Source: Cladosporium halotolerans (Eukaryota). Taken from it: DNA of 64,000 bases. The position numbers and the translations under genes are program-made. The stretch covers positions 310,001-374,000 of the forward strand of contig NW_027191461.1 in assembly GCF_011745625.1 (NCBI RefSeq), read 5' to 3'. Every line of letters begins with the position of its first letter. Within the stretch, counting starts at the first letter, position 1. The notes beneath the pieces were generated by a model, which saw only the letters and a program-made list of their open reading frames with translations, was not told the origin of the DNA and did not search any database. Below, one piece after another: positions 1 to 9,551 of the stretch.

Positions 1-257
1 GGACTTGGAGCAAGTCGCTGCGCCAAAAGAGATCGAGACTATGATCATGGAGCAGAACGCGACATTCGGCGAAATCACGGTGTGGGATCATGAGGCGTTG
101 CCGGATAATGAGGACGTGTATGTGAAGGGAATAAACGAGTGGATCGGTTTTGCGGAAGCGGTAGGTTGATGTGTTTGGTGATCTGCTTGTTCATTCGACT
201 GACGCAAGCTTCCAGATGCATTCGTACGACGACAATGAGGCGCAAAAGCCCGCATGA
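1..257 (+). CDS. Ribonuclease H2 non-catalytic subunit C (RNASEH2C/Rnh203-like), 3' part only; exons <2-160 and 216-257
   Basis: Frame 2 reads ...TFGEITVWDHEALPDNEDVYVKGINEWIGFAEA|MHSYDDNEAQKPA*, matching the C-terminal F..W.H..p..D...W..fA..H signature of RNase H2 subunit C. GTAGGT donor at 161, ACTGAC branch, CAG acceptor at 215. Not in the ORF track. Confidence 0.8.
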
Positions 258-614
258 GCAGCCCATATCGCCTGCGTCCTTCGAACCATATCGAATCGCC
301 CTCCCTCCTCCGCCCTCTTCAAGTGGTCTAGCAAGAAGTTCTCGCAGCTCCAATCCTGCTGAGACCTCGCCATCATCCTCCACACGCGGCGAACACCGCA
401 GAAAGAGTTGCAAGCTAGGCTTTACAATCCTTTCACAGCGACAGCTGAGACGGAGCCTGATGCCTGATGCGTGCCAAAAAAAGTAGCACGCGGCGCCTGC
501 TTCTGTGCTTCAGCAAAGCATTACGCAGCAAGCCACAATTCCAGACCACCGTAGCTGCCGTACATCCTTCCAAAACGAAGACACCTGAAAAGACAACCGC
601 AATCCCATATCTCC

Positions 615-1244
615 TCAACCCTGATCAGACTCCTCTTTGACCGCCGCCTCCTCTTCCTTCTTCACCCCATCCTCCCCCTTCCCCTTCCCACCCCTATGCG
701 CCTTATCCCACTCCCTCTGCTCCTTCTGAAACTCCCTCTTCAAAACCCCATACCCCTCATCGCGCCTACACGCCTCCCACGCCTCCCTGAACACCCCGCT
801 CGCCGCCGCCTTCTCCTCCATCCCCTCGTGCCCCCGACTCCTCTCCAGCTCCCTCCTGCCTCCACCCTCCCTCTCCACCTCCGCCGCACTGCGATCATAC
901 TTCCTCCCGCCCTTGTGGTTCGCGTACCGCGCCGCGCGCGTCATGCCCATCTGCAGGAACTTGCGCGCCATGTCGGCGCCGACGAAGTCGCCGCGCGCGA
1001 CGTAGCTGGCGAAGGCGGCGCGCAGGGCCGCGGACGAGGAGAGCGCGAGCGCGCGCGTTCTGAAGCGCCAGAGCGGCAGGAGGTGCGATTTGTAGGGCTC
1101 GAAGGTCAGGACGCCTTGCTCGCCGCGCGCGATGCGGTAGCTCATGCGGAGGGGGGTGGAGGTTAGGGCGGGCGTGGGGAGGGGTGGGGAGGGTGGGAGG
1201 ATTTCGGGGGAGGGGCGAGAGGAGGGTTTGGGGCGGGGTGGCAT
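615..1244 (-). CDS. DUF4385 family protein, intronless
   Basis: YRIARGEQGVLTFEPYKSHLLPLWRFRT and DFVGADMARKFLQMGMTRAARYANHKGGRKY motifs are typical of DUF4385. Confidence 0.85.
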   Translation of the reverse strand: MPPRPKPSSRPSPEILPPSPPLPTPALTSTPLRMSYRIARGEQGVLTFEPYKSHLLPLWRFRTRALALSSSAALRAAFASYVARGDFVGADMARKFLQMGMTRAARYANHKGGRKYDRSAAEVEREGGGRRELERSRGHEGMEEKAAASGVFREAWEACRRDEGYGVLKREFQKEQREWDKAHRGGKGKGEDGVKKEEEAAVKEESDQG

Positions 1245-1718
1245 TTTGGGTGCTGGTGGGTTAATTGGTGGGTTGGTTGGCGGGTTTTACATGGTTCCAG
1301 TGCGTTTGTGGGAGTGTCGTGTAGATGTCCATGTGTAGACGGAATGAATCGTGCTGTAGATCCCGGATACGTCATCTTGTCGATCGAACTGGCGCGGGTG
1401 GACGGCCTTTGGCCTTACATGTACGATTTGAGCCTGTGTACGTTGTAAGATGTCGACATTGACACATCTTAAAAGATTTGAAAGTCATCATTCACAGATC
1501 ACCCGTGTTTGTAGTTTCATTTCGTGCATCGAGGGTTGGTAGTATCTTCTTTCACACACTGAGTTGCAGTCGACGAAGAACTCACGAGCGAGCTCGGCGA
1601 AGATGGCGAACTTCATCCTCCCATGACTTGATCGCCGACCTCAGACTCAAACATTCCACCAACCCTTTAGCATACTGGAATCGACTGTGGACCTTGCTCC
1701 GAAAGGAAAACCAACATC

Positions 1719-2190
1719 ATGGCCGAGACTCAAGCCCAAGCACCAGTCCACCTCCCCGCGCGTGGCAATCACCTACTGCACGCAGTGCAAATGGCTCCTG
1801 CGCGCCGCGTACTTCGGCCAAGAGCTGCTATCAACCTTCGGCACAAGTATAGGCGAAATCGCCCTGATCCCAGCCACCGGTGGCCTCTTCACAGTCAACT
1901 TGACCTACAAGCCGCCGGGCGAGAGCAGCGAGAACGTGCAAGCGCAGGAAGTCCTGCTCTGGGACCGAAAGGCTGAGGGCGGGTTCCCGGAGACGAAGAT
2001 CCTGAAGCAGAGGGTCCGCAACCACATCGAGCCTGGCAAGGATCTGGGCCATTCTGACAAGCCTTCCAACAAGGCGGCGAGCGGTGGCGGCGAGGCTGCT
2101 CAGCAGAACGAGGCGAATTCCTCCACTGCGGTAAATGCCGCGGCGAAAACGGACTCGCAGCCACCGGCCGATTGCGCAGATTGCAAATAA
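1719..2190 (+). CDS. Rdx (SelT/SelW/SelH) family thioredoxin-like protein with an apparent +1 frame break at ~1755
   Basis: ITYCTQCKWLLRAAYFGQELLSTF...LWDRKAEGGFPETKILKQRVRNHIEPGKDLGH signature. The good-context ATG at 1719 (ACATCATGG) is one base out of frame with this domain. Confidence 0.85.
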
Positions 2191-2599
2191 CGGGGCATCG
2201 GGTTGATCACGATCCCTGCATTGTACTACACTGCCAAGCTTCGGGTGCCAAAATCGACGGCACAGACAAGCACCGCCTGGGCAAAAGACAAGACTGCCTG
2301 CATTGATCGCAGCTCGTAGGTCTCACAATGCTTGTTCCCACGCAAACTCGACCACGTACAAGGCACTAGTCATCACGAACGGAACGAAACACAACAAAGC
2401 AAGGCACACATAGACGATCGAAAGTCGAAGGCTTTTCTATATAGACCAACGCCAGCGCTGAAGCTACATAATTTTTCTATCGCACAGGTCTCAGCACGCT
2501 CAGGCTCAATCTCTCAGCTCTCACGTCGCCCTTGTCACACCAATCTGATCATATCCCACTGCATCCAGCGGCAGCAGCGGCACGAGTCCGGCGAGCCAT

Positions 2600-3541
2600 T
2601 CAAGCCTCGGTGATGTCGGACTCGCTGTAGATGCAGGCCTCGCTGGGGCCGGAGCCGATCTTGGAGGGCTCCTCGTCGTTGTTGTCGGTGCCCTTGTACT
2701 CGGTGCAGATGTCGTCGACGCCGCTGGCCTTGATGTTGGAGAAGGTGGCGGTGTCGCCGTAGTTGGAGTTGATACCTGCAGGTTTCCGTCAGTTGGCTGA
2801 TCTTGGTTTCAGATAGGGGTTGTCGAGTCGAGAGTCGACTTACCGGCAAGAGCCTTGCCCTCGGAGGCGGTGATGTCGTCGAAGATGACGTGGCGCTCGT
2901 ACATGCTGTCGCAGTTGCCGCAGCTCCTGTAGAGCTTGCCGAAGTTGTCGACGGTGAAGCCGGAGACGGACATGGTGCCGGCGCCGTTGTGCTGGAGCAC
3001 CTTGTCCTCGGCGCCGAAGGCACCGCCGCCGGTGATGGTGGTGGTCTGGCCGGCGTCCTGCTCCTTGATGGTGAAGGCGTCCTCGCAGACGGCGGACCAC
3101 CAGACGTTCTCGAGCTTGCATCCGCCGCCCTTGCAGTGGACACCCTCGCCCTGGTTGGGGCCGATGATCACGTTGGAGAGGGTGGCGCCTTTCTTTTCGG
3201 GTTGTCAGTACTGGATTTCTAAACAGGAGTCCTTGGATGCTCACCTCGAGGATGAAGACGGCGTCGCTGTCACCGCCCTCGGACTGACCACCGCACTCGG
3301 TGCCGCGGTCGTAGACGAAGATGCCACCGTCGAAGGACTCGCCGGCAGCGACGGTCTGGACAGCGTCGAGGGCAGAGCTGCCAGAGGAAGCCGGAAGGCT
3401 GCCGCCGGACTCGGCTCTGCTCAGAGTAGCCGCAGCAGTGGTGGTGGGAGCAGCGCTGCCGGTGCTGTTGCTGGCCCTGCGGTGGAAGCGGGCGTTGGCG
3501 CCGAGCGCGAAGGCAAGGAGTGCGATCTGAGTGTACTGCAT
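2600..3541 (-). CDS. Secreted pectate lyase, family PL3; exons 3541-3245, 3192-2844, 2775-2600 (273 aa)
   Basis: Signal peptide plus Ser/Thr-rich linker; motifs [66 protein letters not shown]. Splice sites join in frame. Confidence 0.95.
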
Positions 3542-3862
3542 TTTGACGAGCTGGGTGTTGCTGGAAAGATTGATCGAGAGTCGAAAGACGAGTGCAAATG
3601 GATCAGAGCGACCTGTCGCTTACTGAGAGATAGATTGAACAAGAGAATGCGATTGAAGTGAAGACCTGCCGAGTGAAAGAGTAGCAACACCTACACAGAC
3701 AGCCATTCTTATACAAATCTGCAGATAGGGCATCTCCTGTAATGGGCATGACCGGACGAGGTCCCACACGCAGTGACATGCAGTCTCCATGCCGCCGATC
3801 GAGCGTCTCGACCGAAGAGCCCTCCCCCAAAACGTTCATGCAGTATCGTCTGAGACGAGCTT

Positions 3863-3914
3863 GTCGACAGCCAAGCCTTTCGAGTCGAGAGCCAAGCCTC
3901 TGTAGACAGCCAAC
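3863..3914. repeat. Short imperfect tandem repeat, GT(C/A)GA(C/G)AGCCAA core x3 with 21 and 18 bp spacing
   Basis: GTCGACAGCCAAGCC / GTCGAGAGCCAAGCC / GTAGACAGCCAAC read directly. Confidence 0.7.
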
Positions 3915-4450
3915 GACGATCTTGATATGTACCACTACTAGCTGTAGTGCTGAACCCTAATGGCGCCCGGGAAGCCCTCGTGTCTGTGATCATGGCTGTG
4001 CAAGCGTGGCCCCAGGATCAGCGCTAGGGCTCCGGCGACTGGGCGTTTCATCAGGGCCACGCGACGAACCGAGCCCGGCGAACCACTCTGTGTTTCATCT
4101 ATCTGCTGCACTGCGAGTCAAGAGTTGGCGGGCATTGGGAGAAGCTTATTCATAAGTCCCAACGTTATCTAGTCGTCACAGTACAATCGCCGAAGAACAG
4201 GCAGTCTGGGATTGATTCGTGGGGAGAAGATTCTTCCATGGCAAATTTTCTGGCTGTGCGAGATTCTATCACCACGGCGGCGCAGAATGTTCAATTATCG
4301 TTCGATGTCTGAGACGAACGTTGACTAATTACGAAAAAAAAGAAAAGCCTGAATGCTCTGTACAATCACCGTCGGATGCGTCGTAATCCCAGTGCCAACC
4401 CTTGCATAACACCCTCGACGAGCAATCAGTGTGCCAGGCGATGAGGGTGG

Positions 4451-4653
4451 CTAGCGATCAGCTACCACAGGCTACCTGGTCGTGCAAGACCGTCCCTTTA
4501 ACGAAGGAACGGTCTGCACAACTAGGTCTCTGCCTGTGGTCCCACTGATCGCTAGATGATCAGCTACCGCTGGCAAGCCTACTGTGCCAGATCATCCCCA
4601 ATAACAAAGGGACGATCAGCACAGCAGGCCACCACCAGCGGTCACACTGATCA
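4451..4653 (-). other. Tandem pair of homologous long hairpins (4451-4555 and 4557-4653) downstream of the YTA7 stop codon; candidate structured RNA element
   Basis: Multi-segment inverted repeats in each unit, clear sequence homology between units and compensatory substitutions (details in findings). Confidence 0.8.
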
Positions 4654-4677
4654 GACTCGCACCCGCGCCGGCCCCAC

Positions 4678-7600
4678 TCATATACTCTCCCTCCTCTGCA
4701 TCTCCAAAAACTCCTCTTGGCTGGCCTTGTGCACATTTTGGCAGTCCTCGATGTCCTTGACAGACTCGTTAAAGGCGGACTCCACAGCCTGGACAACAAG
4801 GTTGCGATTCCACTCTTCCCTGGTGTTGTAAATCGCGTACATGATGTGTGCAGAGACTTGCTCGAGCTGTTCGACGGTCAAGCCTGACGAACGAGTCGTG
4901 AGTGCGCGGTGGAGCTGCTCGACGTACTTCTCCTCGAGCACGTACAGGTTTTCAGCCTCCTCCTGCGTGTTCGTATTGAGCAGGTTGTGAATGGAGGCGC
5001 GGTGGGGAGGCGGGCCCATTGGCTGAGAAGACTGCGAGGCCGGCTCCTGAGAGGATTGGAAGTTGGGCTCCTGGGTGTCGGGAAGCTGACTGCCACCGCT
5101 AGTGGGCGCCAGAGTCGAGAAGTCAGGGTGATCGCCTCCAGGACGCATGCTGTTGGACTGCGGGGTGTTGTTCAAGTACGGACCACTAATCCGACTGCGA
5201 TCGCTTGTCTTCTGACCAGAAGTTGTGGTAGATGCGCTGTTCTGGTACTCGGTAAACTGCGAGCCTTGCGCAAGCTGCGTGTGCGCGCCCCTCTGCGAAT
5301 GCTGTCCTTGCGTGTTTTGCTGGCCGTAGCTCTGTGGGTACGCATGGTCGTTCGGGCTGACGTCGTACATGCCCGAGTCTTCATTGACCTTCGAGGGCGC
5401 TGTAGAGCTATTCGCGAAGATGGAGCCGCCATTAGGGTTGCTCGAGTCGATAGAGTTCGAGCTGGGTCCTGGCAGCCTGCTAGGCGTGACCGGCAACAGC
5501 TGGTTGACTCCGGGAATCTCTTGACCGAGTACCACAGGTCCAGATCCTTCAGTAGTCGTGTGAGAAGCGTTCTGCGGCGGCACGTTGGGTACAACGGCAG
5601 ACACATTCTGTCCCTGTGCCTTAGCCTCGGCCTCCTTGCGCAGGCGCTCGCGCTCGCGCTGCTGCTCGCGCTCATAGAGCGCCACACAATCCAGCAGTAA
5701 GGCCGGGTTCTGCTCCTCAATCCCGGCCATGTCGACATCAACATTGGCATGCAGCTCATTGGCCTTGAGCGTGCGTTGCTGGTTGCCCAAAGTCTTCGCA
5801 TCCTTGGCTAACCGCTTGATGTCCGCGACAAAGTCCTTCGGGCGCTTGTAGTACCCGTTCGATAGGCGCTGCTCAATGACCACCAAGTTCAGGTTGTAGT
5901 AGAACTTCCCTGTTGCAGTCTCGCGCAGGCCTTGGACGCCCTTTTCATCCGTGTCGACCTCGTACGGCCGGAAGAGAGCTTGCTCTTGGCGCTGCTCTTC
6001 GGTGAGATCGCTGGACAGGATGTTGGGGTCCTGCTCGTCGTAGAGGTATCGGATTAGAGTGTCGTCGATGGGCGAGTCCTTGAAGATCCTGTATTTCTTC
6101 ATCTGCTCCATCACGGGCTGAATTAACATCTTCAGCTTGTTCAACGTCTGCCGATCCTTCTTCTTCTGCAGCTTCTCCGCTACCTTGGGGTTTTGCTCGA
6201 CGGTCGGCGCAGGCGGCGGTGCGGGTGCCAGAGGCAGCTCAGCCAGCTTTCTGCGCTTGCGCTGCGACGGGTCGGGGAACTGCTTCGGTGACTTGCGCAC
6301 CATGTCGACGACCTGAGTGAAGTACTCCTCGCGCGCGGCTTCGTTCGGTCGCGAAAGCTCGTACTGGTTATTCAAGGAGTGGCCGAAGAGATTGCGCACC
6401 ATCTCTGGGTTGAGCTTCTGATCAAGGTCGTCCAGCTCAACGTATCCAAGCAGGAGGATAGGCTCGGCAGGGTGAATCGCGCGTAGCAGGCCGGTGAATG
6501 TGCGACGTGCAGAGTCCGACAGCGCCTCGTACCAATTCTGCACATCGGGGATGTAGATGATGCTTGGCTTGTGGCGTCTAACTTCCTCGAACAGCTGAAC
6601 GATCACGGACTCCTGAGACTGTATGGATGTTAGCGGGATTCAAGAATAAGGCGGAATCTTGGAGCACTTACTCTTGTATTGTCGGCCATCACAACACTCA
6701 GACCAAAGTCCTGCACATGCAGACCCTCGAGCTTTGCCATTACAGCGCCGGCCAGGTAGTTCTGACCCATTCCCGAGGAACCCTTGATCAGCAGACGCGG
6801 CCTAAAGATGCGCGATGATTCAAACTCTCGCTGCATTTCGTGGCGCTCGAAGCCGAACTCGTCGTCGCGGTCGTCGTACATGGCCTCTTCAAGCGCAGTG
6901 ACCTTTCTCTTGCGAGGAATGGACTTCCCCATGAGAGCGAAGATCTCGGACAGCGGCAGGCGCAGCAGCGGCTCAACGCTCTTCTTCAGCGGCGCAGCCG
7001 TTGATGTGGTCGATCGAAGGCTCGAGGGCACGATCCTGTCAATAGAGAGCATGAAGTCCTTGGCAAGAACCTTGATCTGCGCAGGGTCGATCAGGAGCTT
7101 TTCCTTGCTCGAGTAGATCTGCGGGTATGTGCCCTGCACAGCATTGAGGGCGGCTTCGACACACAAGGCGCGGAGATCGGCACCACCGTAGCCCTTCGTG
7201 AGCGACGCGAGCTTGTCTTTGAACTCGTCTGCGAGAGGAGGGTCCCAGCCTCTGGTGTGGATGTTGATGATGGCCCGTCTTGCCTCTTGGTTCGGGAGCG
7301 GGAAGTAGAACTCTCTGTCGAAGCGTCCAGGACGCCTGAGCGCAGGGTCCACCGAGTCCGGCCTGTTGGTGGCGCCGAGGATGATGACCTGGCCTCTGCT
7401 GTCCATGCCGTCCATGAGCGCTAGCAGTGTCGATACAATCGACGCGTGGATCTGGTCTTGCTTGCTTGAACGTACTGGAGCAAGGCCGTCGATTTCGTCG
7501 AAGAAGATGATGCTGGGCTGGTTCTTCTTCGCATCCTCGAACAGGATGCGCAGCTGCTTTTCCGCTTCGCCGACCCATTTGCTGAGGGCATCAGCGCCCT

Positions 7601-9551
7601 TGCGCACGTAGAACGTGACCTTCTTGCCGTGCGAGCTGATGCTGTGCGAAAGTGCGCGCGCAAGCATCGTCTTTCCCGTTCCAGGTGGGCCATGGAACAG
7701 GACTCCGCTGGGCGGCTTGATGCCCAGCTTCTGGTAGACCTCCGGGTACAGGAGGGGCAGGGAGCACATCTCTTTGAGCTGGTCGATATGACCATCGAGA
7801 CCACCGACATTATCGAAATTGATGCTCGGGTCTTCTCCCAGCGAAGAGGTGTCTGCCAGCGGTTGCTTGTCCTTGACTCTACCAAGGTCAGGCGGTCCGC
7901 CTCCTGGTCCGGTAAGTGCGCCCGGTTTCTGCATGGGCCTGTTAGGCGTCATGCTCGTGGCGCCGGGGAGAGCTTGGGCTCCCCCCTCGTCGTCCTCACT
8001 GCTGTCGGAGTCGGCGCCGCCCGCCAACTCCTGCTTCGCAGACCCACCGAGGACGGCCGGAGGATCTCCGTATCCGCCGAAAGGACCACCGGTCGAGAAC
8101 AGGCTCCTGTAGCCGTCTCTGTCGGCCCTGCGCCTTGACTTCGGCGCGGCCACGGGTGCCTGCTGCGACCCGACCGGTTGGTAGTCGGCCACCGCATCGT
8201 CCTGCTCCTGGTCGTTGTTAGTGAACTCAGCGAGCGACCGCATGCGGTAGTCGACCTTCTCCTTTCTGGCGCGGAGGGATTTCCTCTCGGCCTCGTATGT
8301 GATGGTGGCAGGCTTGCGCCTGCCACCGCGCTTCTTGCGCTTCTCTTCGTCTTCGAGGTCTGCTGCCTCGTCGGCGATCTCGTCGGAGTCCAGCTCCGAG
8401 TCTGTCGAAGGGCGTCGGGACTTGCCCGCCTTTCCCTTGGTGTTGCGGGCTGAACGCCGCGCATTGGTGCTCGCCCTGCTTATTGGGCGAGAGGACCGAA
8501 GTGACTCATCACCGCTAGTGATGGCCACGTCGGCCTCTTCCTCGCCCTCAGCAGGGTCGGGCTCGAAGTCGCTGCCAGCTTCGGCGGCTGCTGGCTTGTG
8601 CGACTTCGTGGCGCCGCCGGCGCGCCGCGGCCTCTTATGGGCCGCTTCTGAGTTCTCGGGCTCCATCCGAGAACTGCGCTTTCTGCTCCCGCCCTTGACG
8701 ATGGGAGCATCATCGTCGTCGTCTTGCGACTCCTGAACGATGTGCTCCATGGTGATCTCATCGTCGGCAGGAGCAGTGCCGGCGGCGCCTTGGTGCTGTG
8801 GAAGCAGTTGCGAGGCTTCCATCGATTCTTCCAGGATCGCGCTGGGCATGTTACGCAGACCCTTGGTTCCTCGGGTTGGGCGCTTGGTTGCGCCCGGGGC
8901 CGGCTCTGGTGTCGCTGTGCCGCGTCGTGACCTGGTGCCGGTGGCAGGCAGTGCCTGCAGTGGTTCGTCATCGGATCGCGAGATCCGGCTGCTTCTGCGT
9001 GTGCCAGTCATGGCTGGCGTGGGTGCGCGCGTTATGATGCTCTTGCTGCCGGTGCGCGATCTGGTGGTGCGGGCAGTCTGCTGCGGCGCTGTGTTGTTGG
9101 CGCTCAAGCTTGGGACTTTGAGCTTGACAAGCAGTTGTGCAGTCGCGGGCGTGCGCCTTTTGGCGGGCGCAGTGTCTGGGTCGCCGTCCGCGCTGATGAG
9201 GTCGTCGTCGTCTTCGCCGCTTGCCTCCTCGTACTTGATCGCTTTGCGCGCGGCGGTTCTCACGCTTCTGCCTGTGCGCGGGTTGCGCACCATGTCTTCC
9301 TCGTCGTCTTCGTCGTCTCCGTAGCTCTCCTCCTCTGCGTCGTCCTCCTCGGTGTCGTATTCAATCTCGTCGTCTGAGCCGACGTAGCTCTCCTTCCTTG
9401 AGCGCTTCTTCGCGCGCGTGCCGCCCTTGCTCTTTTGCGCCGTGCGCTGCGGGCGCTTTGCTGGTGGTGACTCGGCGGCGCCGTAGTCCAGGTCGTCGGA
9501 GTCGGAGCGGTTGGGGTCGAAGTCTTCCAACTTGCGCTTGTAGCGAGCCAT
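4678..9551 (-). CDS. YTA7: AAA+ ATPase with bromodomain-like region (Yta7/ATAD2/Abo1 histone chaperone); exons 9551-6672 and 6618-4678
   Basis: Acidic N-terminus; FDNVGGL, Walker A GPPGTGKT, RKGADALSKWVGEAEKQLR, Walker B IIFFDEIDG, ATNRPDSVDPALRRPGRFDREFYF; degenerate second AAA domain (RPRLLI..GMGQ.Y); IEQRLSNGYYKRPKDF. GTAAGT...GCTAAC...CAG intron. Confidence 0.95.

Noticed and set aside
1687..2190. Rdx gene as a true selenoprotein
   Set aside because: The motif is CTQC encoded by TGC codons, with no in-frame TGA.
3953..3960. AACCCTAA as a telomerase RNA template in a structured intergenic region
   Set aside because: An 8-mer match is expected by chance and similar motifs recur at 17559 and 62938. 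Only ~1.1 kb is available, and no pseudoknot or CR4/5 domain could be identified.
4451..4653. Tandem hairpins as a CRISPR array, H/ACA snoRNA or SECIS element
   Set aside because: There are only two units, no spacers and no cas genes in this eukaryotic DNA. There is no ANANNA hinge or ACA tail, no SECIS UGA/GA core with apical As, and no in-frame UGA gene is attached.
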